A DNA stretch of 64,000 nucleotides. It comes from Squalus acanthias (Eukaryota). Of the stretch, positions 47,939-58,800 are shown in pieces. The stretch covers positions 50,656,001 through 50,720,000 of the forward strand of contig CM059432.1 in the NCBI GenBank assembly GCA_030390025.1. The letters are read 5' to 3'. The notes below the pieces were generated by a model. It was not told the origin of the DNA and made no database searches. It saw only the letters and a list, made by a program, of their open reading frames with translations. The position numbers were made by a program, and so were the translations under genes. How positions within the stretch are numbered: the stretch's first letter is position 1; every line of letters begins with the position of its first letter.

Positions 47939-49210
47939 GGGGTAGAGTTTCTGCTTTGGGCGCAATTTGCGGACGTTTTGAGAAGTTTTTTTCTCTCGGC
48001 AAACCCAAATTCTACCATGAACCAGTGCAATCGGGCAGCGTTTTAGAACATTTAAAAAAAAACATTTGCTTTAAAAAATATTCTGATATTTATTTAAGAG
48101 TGGTAACTTGACGCAGTTTGATTAATATAGCTGAAAATGGGCTTACCACATAAGCATTTTAATCAGTGTCTAGTCCACCTCTGAGTAACCCAATTTTAAA
48201 TGACTGAAAATGACTTTAAAAAAAATACAGAACCATTTGCTAGTGATATTGGGGTACAGTAGTCAGTTTCTTAAAAAAATATATTCAAAAGCTTTCAAAA
48301 CATGCCTACGAAACATACAAACAATGATGGACAGCTAAAGACACTCTGGTCCATCCAGCCTGTCCCACACAATTGTGATACCATACACTCTCACCCCATC
48401 CAAAACCATGTGATCTCCTGGGAAAGGCGAAAAAAAACATTAAAAACCTAAGCCAATTTGGGGGGGGATAAATCTGGGAAATTCCTCTCCGACCCATCTA
48501 GGTGATCAAAACTAGTCCAGGAGATCAGACTGGCCCTGAATTCCCTGAAGTACCTACCTTTTGTGAGATGTAATGTCCGTCCCAACCAGAAACCGGTCCA
48601 GCTCCCGCTTGAAGGAATAAAGCCTATTAGTGTCCTTGTGCCCAAAAGAACCAGTTTAATTTTTGGAGCCTCCCCGAAGGCCTGCAAACGAGCGCAATTA
48701 GCAGAAACTCCTAATGGTGATTAATTCATCCTGGGGGCGGGGCTGCCTTCTAGCGCGATTTAAAAAAAAAAAAAATTTGTTTACGGGTTGTGGGCATCGC
48801 TGACAAAGCTGGCATTTATTGCCCATCCCTATTGCCCTCGAAGGTGGTGGTTAGCCACCTTCTTGAACCGCTGCAGTCCTTGTGGTGAAGGTACTCCCAC
48901 AGTGTTGACTTTGTCGTAGTGGTTTGGTACAATTGAGTGACTTGCTAGGCCATTTCAGAAGGCAATTAAGAGTCGACCACATTGCTGTGGGTCTGGAGTC
49001 ACATATAGGCAGATTTCCTTCCTGAAGGGACATTAGTGAACCAGATGGGTTCCGCGATCATTTGTACTAGTTCCTAGAACTAGTGCAAATGATCGCGGAA
49101 ACTCAATTTGCGCTGAACATAACTTGCGCTTAAAATTCGGTGATCTTTTACACGGGTTACTCCGATTTTGTGCTGAAAAAACCAGTGCAATCGAGTGGAA
49201 ACTGTACCCC
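47939..49210 (-). mobile_element. Non-autonomous DNA transposon (family of 24152-24870) with nested CR1 tail (~48305-48612) and bipartite SINE (~48762-49052)
   Basis: TIRs GGGGTAGAGTTTC / GGGGTACAGTTTC; internal blocks are reverse complements of the 24152-24870 element. Confidence 0.75.
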
Positions 49211-50411
49211 TCCATATATAATAAAGGGAGCTGCTGTGCTGGTGTAAGTGTAAAATCATTTGTTCCAAGTACATCCCACATGGAAACACTTGCTATTTTA
49301 CTCTGATAGTAAGAGGTTTTTTTGAAACTCGCAAGAACTGAGAAATTTTCTTTTACTGATTTCTCCCTAATTCCATCTGCACCTGTTTGCAGGGCATAAA
49401 GGAGATTTCTGTTTTGAGTGGTGATGAAAATCAGCCCCACTCATTGAGTTCGGAATCTGATTCCTAAATTGATCTTTTGCCTTTCTTCAACCTAATTCAT
49501 GCCCAGTACTCTGCCTGAGCATGCTTGTTGGTTTTAAAAATGCCACCCACTTTAGTTGCGAAACTCAGTAGCCCGAATAGATTGAGCGCAGTCAACTTGC
49601 ACACACAAATTTAGCCGTCTACCATCTGCACTTGAAAGGGAACATTAAGGATGGTAGGGGCCCCAACTTCTGAGAATTGTTGGACAGCTGTTGTGAATTT
49701 TATATTCACCTGTTGTAAAGCATGGAATGTAGTGCAACATGATGTACCAAAGCAGATTAGCAGGTCGGGCCCACATTTTAGAGATGGCTCTGGTATTCCT
49801 GGAAGATATAGCCTTTCTTAGCTACATCCTAGTCTATAATCAAACTGAGTAACAATTCCCACAAAAGTAGTTACAACTAGATACGATCACTACCAGCCAG
49901 GCATTTGAAGAAGTTAGTAGGGCACTTGTTTCCTTCTGCAATATTAAGTTGTTATGGATGGCTCTGCAGTACCAGGAGTATTTGATATTTTACATTGGAA
50001 TTAAATAATTTGTGGTGTGCTTTTATGTTTCAATATAAGGTGCTATATTAATGCAAATCTTATTAAAAGGCTCCTATTCACAAGGATAGACTGCTGGCAT
50101 ATCTTCACTAGTCTGGAAGACTTGGGAGAGTGGTTTATGGTTATAGAAACAATACAGAGATAAATACCAGTAACAACTTTCAACATCCTCCTTTTATATG
50201 GGAGGTGGTATGGCAGCCTTGAATCTTTAGAGCTAAAGGGCTGAATTTCCCTCTTCCTGCCTCTATAGGATCGGGGCAGGACTTCTGGCCACTGTTCCAA
50301 CCCCACCACGCTGCTGGTTCAGTTTTCTAGGTCAGGGGTCATTAAGCATTCGTGGCACTGGTGCAAGCAACCTAGGAGAAAAATCATAAGGGCAAAAAAA
50401 AAGTTTTTTAA

Positions 50412-51254
50412 AATGCATGCAACAAGACCTGGACGACATTCAGGCTTGGGCTGATGTGTGGCGCGAATGTTACCTGCCACTTAAGTGCCAGGCAATGACT
50501 ATCTCCAACAAGTGAGAGTCTAACCACTGCCCCTTGACATTCAACGGCATTACCATCGCCGAATCCCCCACCATCAACAGCCTGGGGGTCACCATTGACC
50601 AGAAACTTAACTGGACCAGCCACATAAATACTGTGGCAACAAGAGCAGGTCAGAGGCTGGGTATTCTGTGGCGAGTGTCTCACCTCCTGACTCCCCAAAG
50701 CCTTTCCACCATCTACAAGGCACAAGTAAGGAGTGTGATGGAATACTCTCCAGTTGCCTGGATGAGTTCAGCTCCAACAACACTCAAGAAGCTTGACACC
50801 ATCCAGGACAAAGCAGCCCGCTTGATTGGCACCCCATCCACCACCTTAAACATTAACTCCTTCCACCACCGGCGTACCATGGCTGCAGTGTGTACCATCT
50901 ACAAGATGCACTGCAGCAATTCGTCAAGGCTTCTTCGGCAGCACCTCCCAAATCTGCGACCTCTTCCACCTAGAAGGACAAGGGCAGCAGGCGCATGGGA
51001 ACACCACCACCTCCAAGTTCCCCTCCAAGTCACACACCATCCTGACTTAGAAATATATCAGCGATCCTTCATCGTCACTGGGTCAAAATCCTGGAACTCC
51101 CTCCCTAACAGCACTGTGGGAGTACCTTCACCACACGGACTGCAGCAGTTCAAGAAGGCGGCTCACTACCACCTTCTCAAGGGCAATTAGGGATGGGTAA
51201 TAAATGCTGGCCTTGCCAGCGACGCTCACATCCCATTAAAACGAATTTAAAAAA
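50412..51254 (+). mobile_element. Non-LTR retrotransposon 3' fragment (probably the family of 19932-22280)
   Basis: LGVTIDQKLNWTSHI...IYKAQVRSVMEYSP...IQDKAARLI and the GGGCAATTAGGGATGG...AATAAATGCTGG tail. Confidence 0.88.
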
Positions 51255-51257
51255 GTT

Positions 51258-52832
51258 TGATGTGTTTGACAGGACATCAGAAGAGGAAGACCATCACCAT
51301 CCACGGCAGCGATGATGTGCTGTGGTGGGATCAGCATGTTCACAGGAGACACTACCCAAGTTACAGTTTACAGACAGAGGCTCAGCTTCCTTGACCTCTT
51401 GGAAGAGCAATTCTTCTGCAGGCTGAGGTTGTCACATCAGGTGGTTGCAGACATCTGCAGCCTCCTAGAAGAACAACTGCTACTTGCTGGATATGGCAGA
51501 CTTGCATTACCAGTGGCTGTGAAAGTCACCACGGCCCTTAATTTTTTTACTCTGGTTCCTTCCAGGGTGCTCTCGTAGACCCTATTGGGCGTCTTGCACT
51601 CCACTGCACTTAAATGTATAAGGCAGGTGATGGATGGATTGTTTGTCCGGGCTGGGAGTTAGGTAAATTTCCCCTGTGATGACAATAGCCAGAATGAGCA
51701 GGCAGTCGGATTCGCCTAACTATACGCGTGAAGGCCCTGGAAGACAAATGAGATAATCGTGGCAAAGTCAGAATCTTAACAAACACCATACTCAATCTTC
51801 TCATTGTTCAGTCATTGATGAAATAAAGTCAGCATCTATGTGTCAGAGATACTTGTATTTCTGTCACTTGTTATCTGCGAGCTCCCTGTCTCTTCATCTC
51901 CAACTGAGAGGGATGCAGATGTGCCACTTACATCCAGGGCATCCTCCTCTGCATCTATTAGCTGGACTATTAGTGGTGGCCCCCATCCAGTGCTCTCCCT
52001 CTGCCTTGCGTTTTGTGCTCTCTTGTACAAGGGGTGAAAAAACAAACGTGTGATTGAGTGAAGGTCAGGTATTCACCTCATGGAGGCAGTGCATATGGTG
52101 AGGGAGTCTATGGGACAGATGCATCACATTGCATAAGGACTAGAGTGTCAATGATGGCTAGATAAATGGGGAAGTGATGAAGTGCATAGAAAGTGAAGGC
52201 TGGGTACTGCTGAAAGTTGAGTGGGTGTGAGGAGTGAGGTGATGGAGTACGCTTGGCAAGACAGAGTGAAAGGTAGGTGGGTGGGGGGCTTAAACCACAT
52301 GCTGTAGGTTACTCAGCAAATGTACTCACTTTTCCTGACCTGGTTAGGCCATTAAATCGCTTCCTGCACTGCATCCAAGACCAGGGCACAATGCTCCTGC
52401 TGCTCACCTCCTCAGCCACCTCCAACCACGCCTTCTTGGTGAGAGCCGCAGGTTTCTTCCTCCCATTGCCTGGGAAAAGTATGTCCCTCCTCCTCCTGAC
52501 TGTACCCAGCAGTAATTCCAGTGATGCATCATTAAATCTGGATGCTGGTCTTGCTCTATGTGCAGCATCCATCATAAACACCTCTTGGCTCCTTCAATTT
52601 TCACTTGTACATTGTTCCGTTAGAGCTGAGATTGTGTCATGTGGAAGTGCATCACGCCCCCTGCGCAGCTTGGAAACACTAAACCCGGAAGTCAAAATTT
52701 ATTGCTTCAATTCAGTTGCGCTCACATTGCGACGCGCTGACTTGACTTCCGGGTTTCACCCACACAGTTCCACTCCCCCGGCTCCCACCCCCAAACCTGG
52801 AAACCATCTTCAGATTAATATTAGGGCCATAG
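51258..52832. mobile_element. PIF/Harbinger transposon remnant: transposase N-terminus (+, ~51360-51720) and convergent Myb/SANT gene (-, ~52330-52575 and ~51850-52032)
   Basis: YRQRLSFLDL...LRLSHQVVADIC...ALPVAVKVTTALNFF (Harbinger transposase-like, frameshifted). RFNDASLELLL...TKKAWLEVAEEV...WMQCRKRFNGL (Myb/SANT trihelix). Confidence 0.82.
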
Positions 52833-53312
52833 TTTAGGAACTCTGTTTTTTGGTTTGATGAAAATCAATCGTTATTGAATGACCAGAATTGGTTTGGTTT
52901 TGTGTTGTAATGAGGGGGAAACCTCACCTGATGTGCTACGCCTTAATATAATTGTAGAGTGATCTAACACAGGAAAAAGCTCCTGTTGCCCTCCTCCAGC
53001 ATAGGACTTTGTAATTTCATCCGCATAGTAACAATGCCATTAATGCAAAGCAATTCAGTGGATGTGATTACTTTGGGCCATCATAAGAACTGTGATAAAC
53101 TGCTATACAATTGGAAGCCTTTAAGTTTCTGGCTCAGGTGTCTTCATAAAAAGTTATGCTTTTTCAACTGTACACCCACTAAATCTCGAGATTCTTCCAA
53201 AGATTTTCTTTACAAGAGGGACCTGTAGGTTTTTATCCAGATTGACAAGCTAGCATAGGCTGAATGGCATTGCTCATAATATCTACACTGTGACCTTGTA
53301 ACTGATAAGAGA

Positions 53313-53670
53313 TAACAACAGAAAACGCTGGAAAAACTCAGCAGGCCAGGCAGCATCCGTGGAGAGAGAAAGAGAGTTGACGTTTCAGGTCGATGACCTT
53401 TCATCAGAACTGGGAAGAGCTGGAAATCAAATAGATTTAAGGCCAGGGTAAAGATGAACAAGGTTGAAGAGCCAAACGGAAATCCCGTCGAAGAGAAGAG
53501 CAGAACTTCTTCAAGGTAGGCATTCCAAGAAGAGAGGTGGCAGTGAACCAAACACTAATACGATAGCAAAATACTGCAGATGCTGGAAATCCGAAATAAC
53601 AACAGAAAACGCTGGAAAAACTCAGCAGGCCAGGCAGCATCCGTGGAGAGAGAAAGAGAGTTGACGTTTC
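53313..53670 (-). mobile_element. Miniature Penelope derivative with direct pseudo-LTR repeats and hammerhead (53375-53411)
   Basis: 9-bp TSD GATAAGAGA (53304-53312, 53671-53679); 74-bp direct repeat with period 284; AGUU-CUGAUGA-A-AGGUC(AUC)GACCU-GAAACGUC-AACU. Confidence 0.85.
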
Positions 53671-55781
53671 GATAAGAGAGCTGTCTGCAGTTTCCAGGTA
53701 TGACACTTGACCCTTTTTTGTAAATGTGGGTTTTGTTAACCACTTTCCAATTCTTTTAAACTTTGTACCTCTGGCTATTTAAAAGGTAAAGCACTGCATT
53801 GTATTTGCAAGTCAGAAAATTCCATTTGCAATACTCCCACCCTCTTGTTAGTGGTCCCAATAGGAGATGAGTTCACGGTATTTATAAATATGTAAGCGCT
53901 AGGCCTTTGTTTAGCTTCACCTTGGTCAGTGTGGCTGAGATTAATTGTGATTTACATATGAGAGAGATAGGATGTGGGTTGAAAAATTCAATCACTTCAC
54001 AATTAGCATTTAAATGTTTTGTTTTCAGGTTGAATGGCATATACCGTCCTTTCACCTCTTCGTTTTGTATTCATTCCAGACTGATTGAGGAAATGTCTTT
54101 TCTCTGGATTGCTAGTACAGCAGGAGCGTCTCTGCTTTTTGTCATCATGGTCTTTTAATCTGGCTATTAAACGATCTTGGTCTTTATCTTTAGAAACTAA
54201 TGAGGCTAGCCCCCCCAGCCCCATCCATAAAATTCAAACAAGATAAACTAATGAGTAAGAAATATAAATGCAAATAAAACAAAGTTGCCTAGATTTTACA
54301 GGCTGAATATAACCTACAGTCTGTATTTTGGACAGCTTTGCAGTAGAGTAATTAACACACTGGGGAGAAAATACTGAACATTTTATTTGTTTTAAACATA
54401 ATCAGGGGTTGTGATCACAAGATTAGCCTTCTATAGTGGAACACAAGCAACTTCCAAAATTCAAAAATATAAAAGCTATATTGGAATGAGGAATATTTTT
54501 CAAGGACAAACTAATTAAAAGAAATATAAATTAAATGGGAACAATGTGCAAAATCACTCAAGCAGTGAGTTGTTTACTTAACTGCAAAGGTTTCACTGGA
54601 TATATATATATGTATTCCAGTGTGGGATCACAGCAGTTTTAACAATAGTTATTTCCTTAATTCTACTGCATATACATTTAACATAGGAGCTTTGAACCAA
54701 TCAGAATTGATTTGTTAGAAATTTTCCCATGCTCTCTGGCCAGCTGTCAGACTTATAAGTAGGACACACGTCAATCCTGATTGGCTCAAATCCCCCCATG
54801 TTAAATTTATAAAGTAAAAGAACAGAAACTGAAGTTCAATTGTTGCTAAGGAGCTTCACTAGACATGATCGTCGGGTGCAGAATTGAGTGTAGTGTTGTA
54901 GCCCCATCTCCAACCCAAGCACATGTATGGTGAGGCTCTGTGCTGGCAGTGGAGCCTTGTAATTTCTGCCCTATCTGTAAAATTATTCTCATGGCTATTT
55001 ACTACAATGCAGCCAATCAAATGGCTGATTTTTTCTTTTAAACATGGTACCTCTAAAAATTACATTTAACATTAAAAAATTAAATTGTGAAAAATATTAA
55101 ATTTCCCTGTTTCTTAAAAATGTGGAAAAAGTTTTTCTGAAGGTTGTGCTTGAGTTCTGCATTCCCTGAGCTTCCCTGCTTCAGATGGGCACCATTATAG
55201 TGTTCTGAAAAATACATCCCAGGAGCCAACCACAGCACTGACATTCCCCTGATGCTATTACACACTTGCATCGGGCACACATGCAGGCTCTGCTCCTGCT
55301 TCTGAGATCCCTTCAGATGCAGGTCATTGCTATGCCACACACCATCAGGCCAGCTGCATGTCAAATCCCAATCTCTTCTTACCCTCCCTCTCTCATACAC
55401 TCAGCCCCAAAGTGGTGCCAGGCCCAAACTGGCTACTCCATTCTCCTACCCTAGATAAAGAAACTGGGAATGAAACATTTGTCTGTGAGCAATGCCACAG
55501 GAGATCAACTGGTGCTTAAGCATAATTGACAAGTGGTGAATAAAGCAAATAAAAATAAATGTAGTCTTAACAAGAGTAAATCTTGAAATAAAGCACTTTC
55601 ACATTAAGTTTAAAGTCTCTGTGGCTGTGCCTACACAGTTTGCTACATTACAAAAGTGACTACACTTCATTGACTGTAAAGCGCTTTGGGACGTCCAGTG
55701 GTCGTGAAAGGCGCTATATAAATGCAAGTCTTTCTCTCTTTCATTCTACATGGAATACTTCCTCTTCTCATTAAGCATCTG

Positions 55782-55859
55782 TCAGATGGAAGCAAATGAT
55801 CCTAAACTATTGTTGGAAACAGTTTGTTGATGGTCCAGCTTTAGTTCATTCATTAGTTT
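55782..55859 (-). CDS. RNF31-like terminal coding exon
   Basis: tttttaacag acceptor, KLMNELKL...ASI*, phase 0. Resembles the KLxxExxL end of HOIP. Confidence 0.75.
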   Translation of the reverse strand, partial: KLMNELKLDHQQTVSNNSLGSFASI

Positions 55860-58800
55860 CTGTTAAAAATAAACCAGATAACATATGTTAGTTTCACATG
55901 GAAGGTTTACCTCTGAACAAAATGTCCTCCTCTGACACCCAAGAACTCAAAAACAAAATATTTTTTAGACATCACCCAAGACTCATTTAAGCATGTACCT
56001 CCATCGAGAAAGATTCATTTAAACTGCAACCAAATTCAACAGAATTCACAGAAGATGGCTAGTTATTACAATTCACTCCATTTTTGGTCTTAAGATGTGC
56101 AGTTTATGTCTACCTCACATTTAATTTAATTCAGTGAATTTAGTGCCACTGGATGAACATTTAAATTGGTAAATTTTAATTTGAAATGACAAAAGAATGG
56201 ATGTAAATAGAGTAATGTTTCACCCTCTACTAACTTGAGTGGAGTTAAAAAAATAAAATGCATTGTCTGGGGTCTATATCTACAGCTACTGTCACTCAAC
56301 TAGTAGGTGCAAGTCAAGCAGCATAAGCTTATCTTTATCAGTTTCTCCTTGGTAAGAATACCTCAACACTGCTGCTTCCCATCATGTAGCCCCATTAAGA
56401 GAGGAAGGTCATCCAACCAAGGCTAGTTAAGTAAGAGTAATCCTTGGAGATTTAATCTATTTTGTACTGCGGACTAATTCCCACAACCTGTTTTGCTCAA
56501 TGAGACACTTTGGACCTGAAAACTTGCAATCTGCCGATGCAGAGAGATCCTGACCCCGCTGGAGTTTCTGGGCTCAGGAAGTTTGAATAAAACAGGTCCT
56601 CATGCCAGTATGGGTGTATCTTGGGCACCCACTAGAGGGCAGCAGAATAAAACATGCTCCTGGGAAGTCAATATCAGTACAATGCTGACAGGACTGGCCA
56701 CAAAGGTCTGGTATCTTAGAATTGGCCTTCTTTAGCAGAGGATTGATTTCAATGCATCTGTATTATAACTGCAGAAATTCTCCAGACTAAGTCCCAGGCC
56801 TTAAACCCCACTTCTATCATTCACAGGTACTGTATTTTGCCAGCGTATAGCACGTCAGGTGCATAGAAAGTGTGAACAGCAGGAAATCTGGCAGGTGATG
56901 CTATCCACCCTTCGTCGAATACGCCAGATCTCCATGGAACTTCCGCATGCCCGCTGGGAGAAATCCCTAGTTATGATCTTTGCAGCGGGGACCCAGCATT
57001 ACCGGACCTGCTCGTCAACTTCTGCCCCAAGTATGTTGCTGGCCACGAGGAAATGCGAGGTCCTTGTGTCATTGTTTGAAATTAATACAGAGCAGGGCCA
57101 ATTTTCCAAATGCATGCTCCTCACAGTTAAAAAAGAGGTCTTGAAAAGTTTTTTTTTTAAATTCTGTGCTCATCAAGGTGAGGGAAGTTGATGCTGGAGA
57201 GAGGATCACTTGCTGATTCAGGTATCGCATAGCTGGATGCAGAGTAAAGCTCACGCTGCACTTTCCCAATGATGTGCCTCAGCCTGAACCTCAGAAGAGC
57301 ATCCCCTACAAGATGACACCTATTCCATTTCTCACAACAACAATCCTTAGGTCAGTGACATTTGCAAAAGAGGGACAGTTTTGGGATGTACACCCATGCC
57401 AACTAGGAAATGGGCTGAGAATGCTCAAATGCATTTCTCATAGGACTTTTATCCCATCTGTCCGGGCTGGATTTGAACTCAAGTTCCGGAGGTGAATTGG
57501 TTGATTCAATTTTGGGTATGCAATGTATTAATAGTTAATGTAGTGATAGCTAATGCATTTAATTGTACACAGGAGTTAATTTTCTTTGAGATTTTTGATA
57601 ACTTACTTTTCTTAGTCTTTGTGTAAATTGTTCTTCCAGTTCATTCACGTGCTGGTTAGGGATAGCGACACCCCAGCGTTTTAGTTCCATTAACATTTCC
57701 TCCTTGCTGTATAGTACAGCTGGGTCCAAAGAAGTTTTATTAATGAGTTCCACCAAATACTGTTTAAAATGGATTCTGTAATGACGATGAGAGAGCTGTG
57801 TCAAATAAAAGTCTTTGGACACTTTTATTAATAAGTCTTTATATTTTTCCCCTGCGTGCAGTTTTAAACTGTCAAATTTGAATAGCAATACTTTGTTAAA
57901 ATAAAAATGTCCCATGACAACTACAATGAAAAACTTGGCCAGTCTTATTTTGGTTAGGTATCAGTTTAAGAGAGTAAATACTGTTCATTAAAAATAAAAT
58001 GCAAGCATTTATAAGTTAAAACTAATTGCAAGAATAGTTTTAATTTTTAAAAGCACGATATTTTGAGACAATGACTATGATAACAGCAGCAACATAAACA
58101 TCTCAGTGCTTTACAAGGTGAGAGGTAGATACTGAACAGGACAGGAGGGATTAAGGAGGAAACCAAAGGAATGGTTGAAGAAATTGGTTTTCAAGTGTCT
58201 TTTGAAGATGAGACAAGAGGGGGCTAGATGAACTAACTTTGGAAAAGTATTCCAAAATAAAAGGATATAATGAATGAAGGATAAACCTTTGATGAGTAGG
58301 GAAAAAGCTGTAATCCAGAGTTAGAAGAGTGGAGGTTGTGACTGGGGCATATGGCTGGAAAATAACATTCTGATGTGATGAAGTGAAGCCATAAAGGGTT
58401 TTAAAAAGTGAGGAAGGAGATCCTATAATTGATTTGCTGGGGTATGGGAAGTCAGTGCTGCTTTGCAAGGACAGGAATCATGCTGTATTGCTTTGTATTA
58501 CCTAAGGTTTGTAGATAGTTGAGCACAGTAAAGAGGGCATTAAAGAACTCAATCCTCAAGATGATTAGGATTTCAGCAGCAGTGGTAGTAGGGGAAAAAA
58601 GAGCATTGTGGTTGCACACCACCAGGTTTAGCCTGAGCAGCCAGCTTGGAAAGTTAATGTTGGCAGGTGGCAAAAAGGATGGCTTCAGCTTGTTAACAAA
58701 ATGCACACCCCAGGGTTATGTTAGACATGGAGTTGGACAGTACAGAAACAGCCTTGGACTTCATGTTGTTGGTGGAGAGATAGTGTTGGGTGTTACCAGC

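Noticed and set aside
54003..54224. 73-aa minus-strand ORF as an alternative last exon of the RNF31-like gene
   Set aside because: No similarity to the HOIP C-terminus and no convincing acceptor; 55782-55859 fits better.
57776..57915. 5' part of the 118-aa ORF (upstream acceptor at 57868) as coding
   Set aside because: In frame, but it would insert 31 residues between the zinc ligands of C-x2-H. The acceptor at 57775 restores the HOIP spacing.
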